This document shows, piece by piece, positions 61,605 through 64,000 of a stretch of 64,000 nt of DNA; within the stretch, counting starts at the first letter, position 1, and each line of letters begins with the position of its first letter. Both the position numbers and the translations under genes were made by a program. Under the pieces are notes generated by a model. That model saw only the letters and a list, made by a program, of their open reading frames with translations, ran no database searches and had not been told where the DNA came from. Origin of the DNA: Candidatus Methanomethylicia archaeon (lineage in GTDB: Archaea > Thermoproteota > Methanomethylicia > CALHIW01); contig JAWBQF010000006.1 of assembly GCA_038845975.1 (NCBI GenBank), forward strand, positions 1-64,000, read 5' to 3'.

Positions 61605-62798
61605 TTGATTAGTATGCAAATGCATTATGCTGAGATTCTCAATGGATTAAGCGAATATCTTAAACATATAGATGAGAGAAATGCAAGAATCATTAAAGCT
61701 ATGTGTAAGCATGGTTTGAACATTTCTAGAATATCTAGAGAAACAGGATTACCATTAACTTCTGTAAAGTATCGTGTAGATAAGCTAATTGATAGTGGAT
61801 TAATTAGATTGGTAGCGAAAATAAATTTTCCAAGAATAGGTATTAGAACAGTAGCTACAATACTTTATAAGCCGCAAATTCCAGGGGATTATATTATAGA
61901 TATACTAGCAAAAGCTAATCAATACTTAGCTTTTGCTTCAAAATGCTTCAGTAGCTCTAATAGCATTTATGCTATACATCGTATTCCAATCGGTTATGAA
62001 ATTGATTTTGAAGCATATCTCAATGAGCTTAAAAAACTAAACCTTATAAGAGACTATGAGATTCTATGGACTACAGGTAGCTATTATTCCCCGCCGAGTT
62101 TTGAATGGTTTGATTTTAAGGGTAAGGTATGGGTTTCAAGATGGTCTGACTGGATTAAGGAAATCGATAAGGCATCAGCAATTCTTCCAAAATCTCTAAA
62201 TAATGTTAGTAGTAGAGTATTTAAACTTGATAGTATAGATTCAGAAATCCTATATAGGCTTGAAATGAATGCTACAATTAATATTTCAGCTGTAGCTAGC
62301 CAAATTAATATTTCGCCTCAGCTAGCTAGATACCACTATCTTAAGCATCTTATTGAAACAGGTATTATTGAGGGCTTTGCAGCAATGGTTACTCCCTATC
62401 CATCAAAACTTCTAGCTCCAGCTATTTTCATCTTTGAGTTTCTAAACAATACATTAATGTCTAAATTTACCAACTCAATAATTGGGAAACCCTTTACCTA
62501 CTCAATAATTCGTGTTGCTAACGAAAATAAAATCATTGCTCAGCTTCTCATAAATACTGTTGAAATGATTTCACTCCTTAAAACCTTAAATAGCTTAATA
62601 GATCTAGGAGTAATTAAAGACTTTAACTATTTCCTATTGGATATATCCAGGTTCTATCATGGAACCCTACCGTACAATGCCTTAAAGGATGGAGTCTGGA
62701 TATATAGTCATAATGAATACGTAGATAAGCTTAGAGCCGTATATGAGGAAATCATAAGAAAAATAAAAACCTCCACTACAAACTTGAAACGCTACTAA
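61605..62798 (+). CDS. Tandem wHTH/AsnC-like domain protein (putative regulator)
   Basis: Two HTH modules (NISRISRETGLPLTSVKYRV; NISAVASQINISPQLARYHY), each followed by an alpha/beta domain. Confidence 0.75.
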   Translation: MISMQMHYAEILNGLSEYLKHIDERNARIIKAMCKHGLNISRISRETGLPLTSVKYRVDKLIDSGLIRLVAKINFPRIGIRTVATILYKPQIPGDYIIDILAKANQYLAFASKCFSSSNSIYAIHRIPIGYEIDFEAYLNELKKLNLIRDYEILWTTGSYYSPPSFEWFDFKGKVWVSRWSDWIKEIDKASAILPKSLNNVSSRVFKLDSIDSEILYRLEMNATINISAVASQINISPQLARYHYLKHLIETGIIEGFAAMVTPYPSKLLAPAIFIFEFLNNTLMSKFTNSIIGKPFTYSIIRVANENKIIAQLLINTVEMISLLKTLNSLIDLGVIKDFNYFLLDISRFYHGTLPYNALKDGVWIYSHNEYVDKLRAVYEEIIRKIKTSTTNLKRY

Positions 62799-62887
62799 TT
62801 TAATCTCTTCTCTTTCTAAGTTACGATTAAATACTTTAAGATTGGAAAGTATTATATATCCTTTTATTTATAACTGTAGGGATTAGC

Positions 62888-63586
62888 TTGAATGGAGCTG
62901 CATATCTTAGAGTTTCAACTGAGCTTCAGGGAACTGAGGATCAGAGAAGAGCAATAGAGGATTTCGCGTTTAGGAATGGTATAGTGATTACTGGATGGTT
63001 TCAGGATCCTGATGTTTCAGGAGCTATTCCAGCTTTTGAAAGGAAGGGGTTTAGGGAGATGCTGGACTATATGGCTAGGGAAAACATTAAAACAATAGTT
63101 GTATATGCTTTAGATAGGCTTGGTAGAAGCTTTACTGATATATTTAGAACCCTGAATGAGCTTGATAAGTATGGTATAACTGTTTTTAGTGTTCGAGATA
63201 GCTTTCTTCAAACTCTTGATCAAAGCATTAGAAAACTTGTTTTAGCCGTTTTAGCATGGGCTTCAGAATATGAGGTTAAGCTAATAAGGGAGAGAGTTAG
63301 GCTTGCAATGAGGAGAAGGGAAGTTCAAAGTAAACTTAACAATATCCGTAAAGTATCTAGAATAAGTAGTGAGTCTAGAAAGCTAATAGCTGATCTTTAC
63401 GGTCAGGGATGGTCTCTAAGAAGAATAGCTAAAGCACTAAACCTAACACTATACAGTGTTAGAAAGATTCTGATTGAGGAGGGTATTATAGAACCTAATG
63501 GATGTCCAAGATGTAGCCATAAACTATTCTGGGACGATATAGATAACACTTATAAATGTAGAAACTGCGGATATAGAAAACTGTAA
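62888..63586 (+). CDS. Serine recombinase (resolvase/invertase) with C-terminal HTH and Zn ribbon
   Basis: YLRVST..Q, DVSG, LDRLGRS, E..LIRERV; SLRRIAKAL HTH; CPRC/CRNC. Confidence 0.92.
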   Translation: MNGAAYLRVSTELQGTEDQRRAIEDFAFRNGIVITGWFQDPDVSGAIPAFERKGFREMLDYMARENIKTIVVYALDRLGRSFTDIFRTLNELDKYGITVFSVRDSFLQTLDQSIRKLVLAVLAWASEYEVKLIRERVRLAMRRREVQSKLNNIRKVSRISSESRKLIADLYGQGWSLRRIAKALNLTLYSVRKILIEEGIIEPNGCPRCSHKLFWDDIDNTYKCRNCGYRKL

Positions 63587-63709
63587 ACTACAGTTTCTTA
63601 TTAATTATTATTCTGATTCATCACGGAATCCAGGTTTCCTCTTACACAATGTTTATGGGCTTAATTTACTACAGTAAAGTATAAATGTAGAGGTATAGAC
63701 TCTAAATAG

Positions 63710-64000
63710 ATGCTTATGGTTTCGTTTAGGGCCTGGACAGTAGTATCGACAATTCTTATCTTCATAATACTTATAATTTACGGCTTTCTTTTTGAGGCTG
63801 AGTTTGAAACCATACTGAGAGTTTCATGGATTCTTGCCATATTAGGGTTTACGCTTAATTTCGCTATGATCCTAATTACTAGTATTAGACTTTATGTTTT
63901 ATGTAGAATACTACATGTCGATATAGGGTTATTGGACTCGATAATTATTAGAGGGGTTGGAATGTTTACATCCCATATTACTCCAACACTTATCGGCGGT
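63710..64000 (+). CDS. Partial flippase-like (LPG synthase TM / AglD2-like) membrane protein, runs off the window
   Basis: Open hydrophobic frame ending ..FTSHITPTLIGG, matching the P..xGGE motif. Confidence 0.65.
   Translation, partial: MLMVSFRAWTVVSTILIFIILIIYGFLFEAEFETILRVSWILAILGFTLNFAMILITSIRLYVLCRILHVDIGLLDSIIIRGVGMFTSHITPTLIGG

Noticed and set aside
62888-63586. IS607 TnpA
   Set aside because: The HTH is C-terminal rather than N-terminal and no tnpB follows

Overview
AT-rich archaeal (TACK/Thermoproteota-like, probably thermophilic; inferred) genomic window. 1-19.5 kb is a CRISPR-Cas locus. It holds the trailer end of an array (15 copies of a 26-bp repeat ending ATTGAAAG), an unknown internally duplicated gene, three CARF genes (APE2256/Crn1-like ring nuclease, Csx1, and an HTH-CARF regulator with a palindromic operator), and a crenarchaeal type III-D-like effector operon with an HD+GGDD Cas10. 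These are followed by an uncharacterised PD-(D/E)xK nuclease, relics of extra RAMP genes, an Upf1-like SF1 helicase, and at ~19 kb a one-spacer degenerate mini-array followed by a broken copy of the unknown gene and a CARF relic. 19.5-32 kb is a decaying accessory region (archaeal ATPases with palindromic operators, toxin-antitoxin relics, IS1595 and IS6 remnants, a MITE inside a vapC gene). 32-64 kb is mostly housekeeping/metabolic (peptide ABC transporter, guaB, eno, ssb, etc.). Its intergenic regions carry many decayed IS6-family elements and ~50-60-bp derivatives that repeatedly sit just upstream of BRE/TATA promoters. A stand-alone 16-aa peptide ORF, a tandem-HTH regulator and a serine recombinase lie near the right end. 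No rRNA/tRNA and no cas1/2/4/6 were recognised. All calls are by eye, without database searches.
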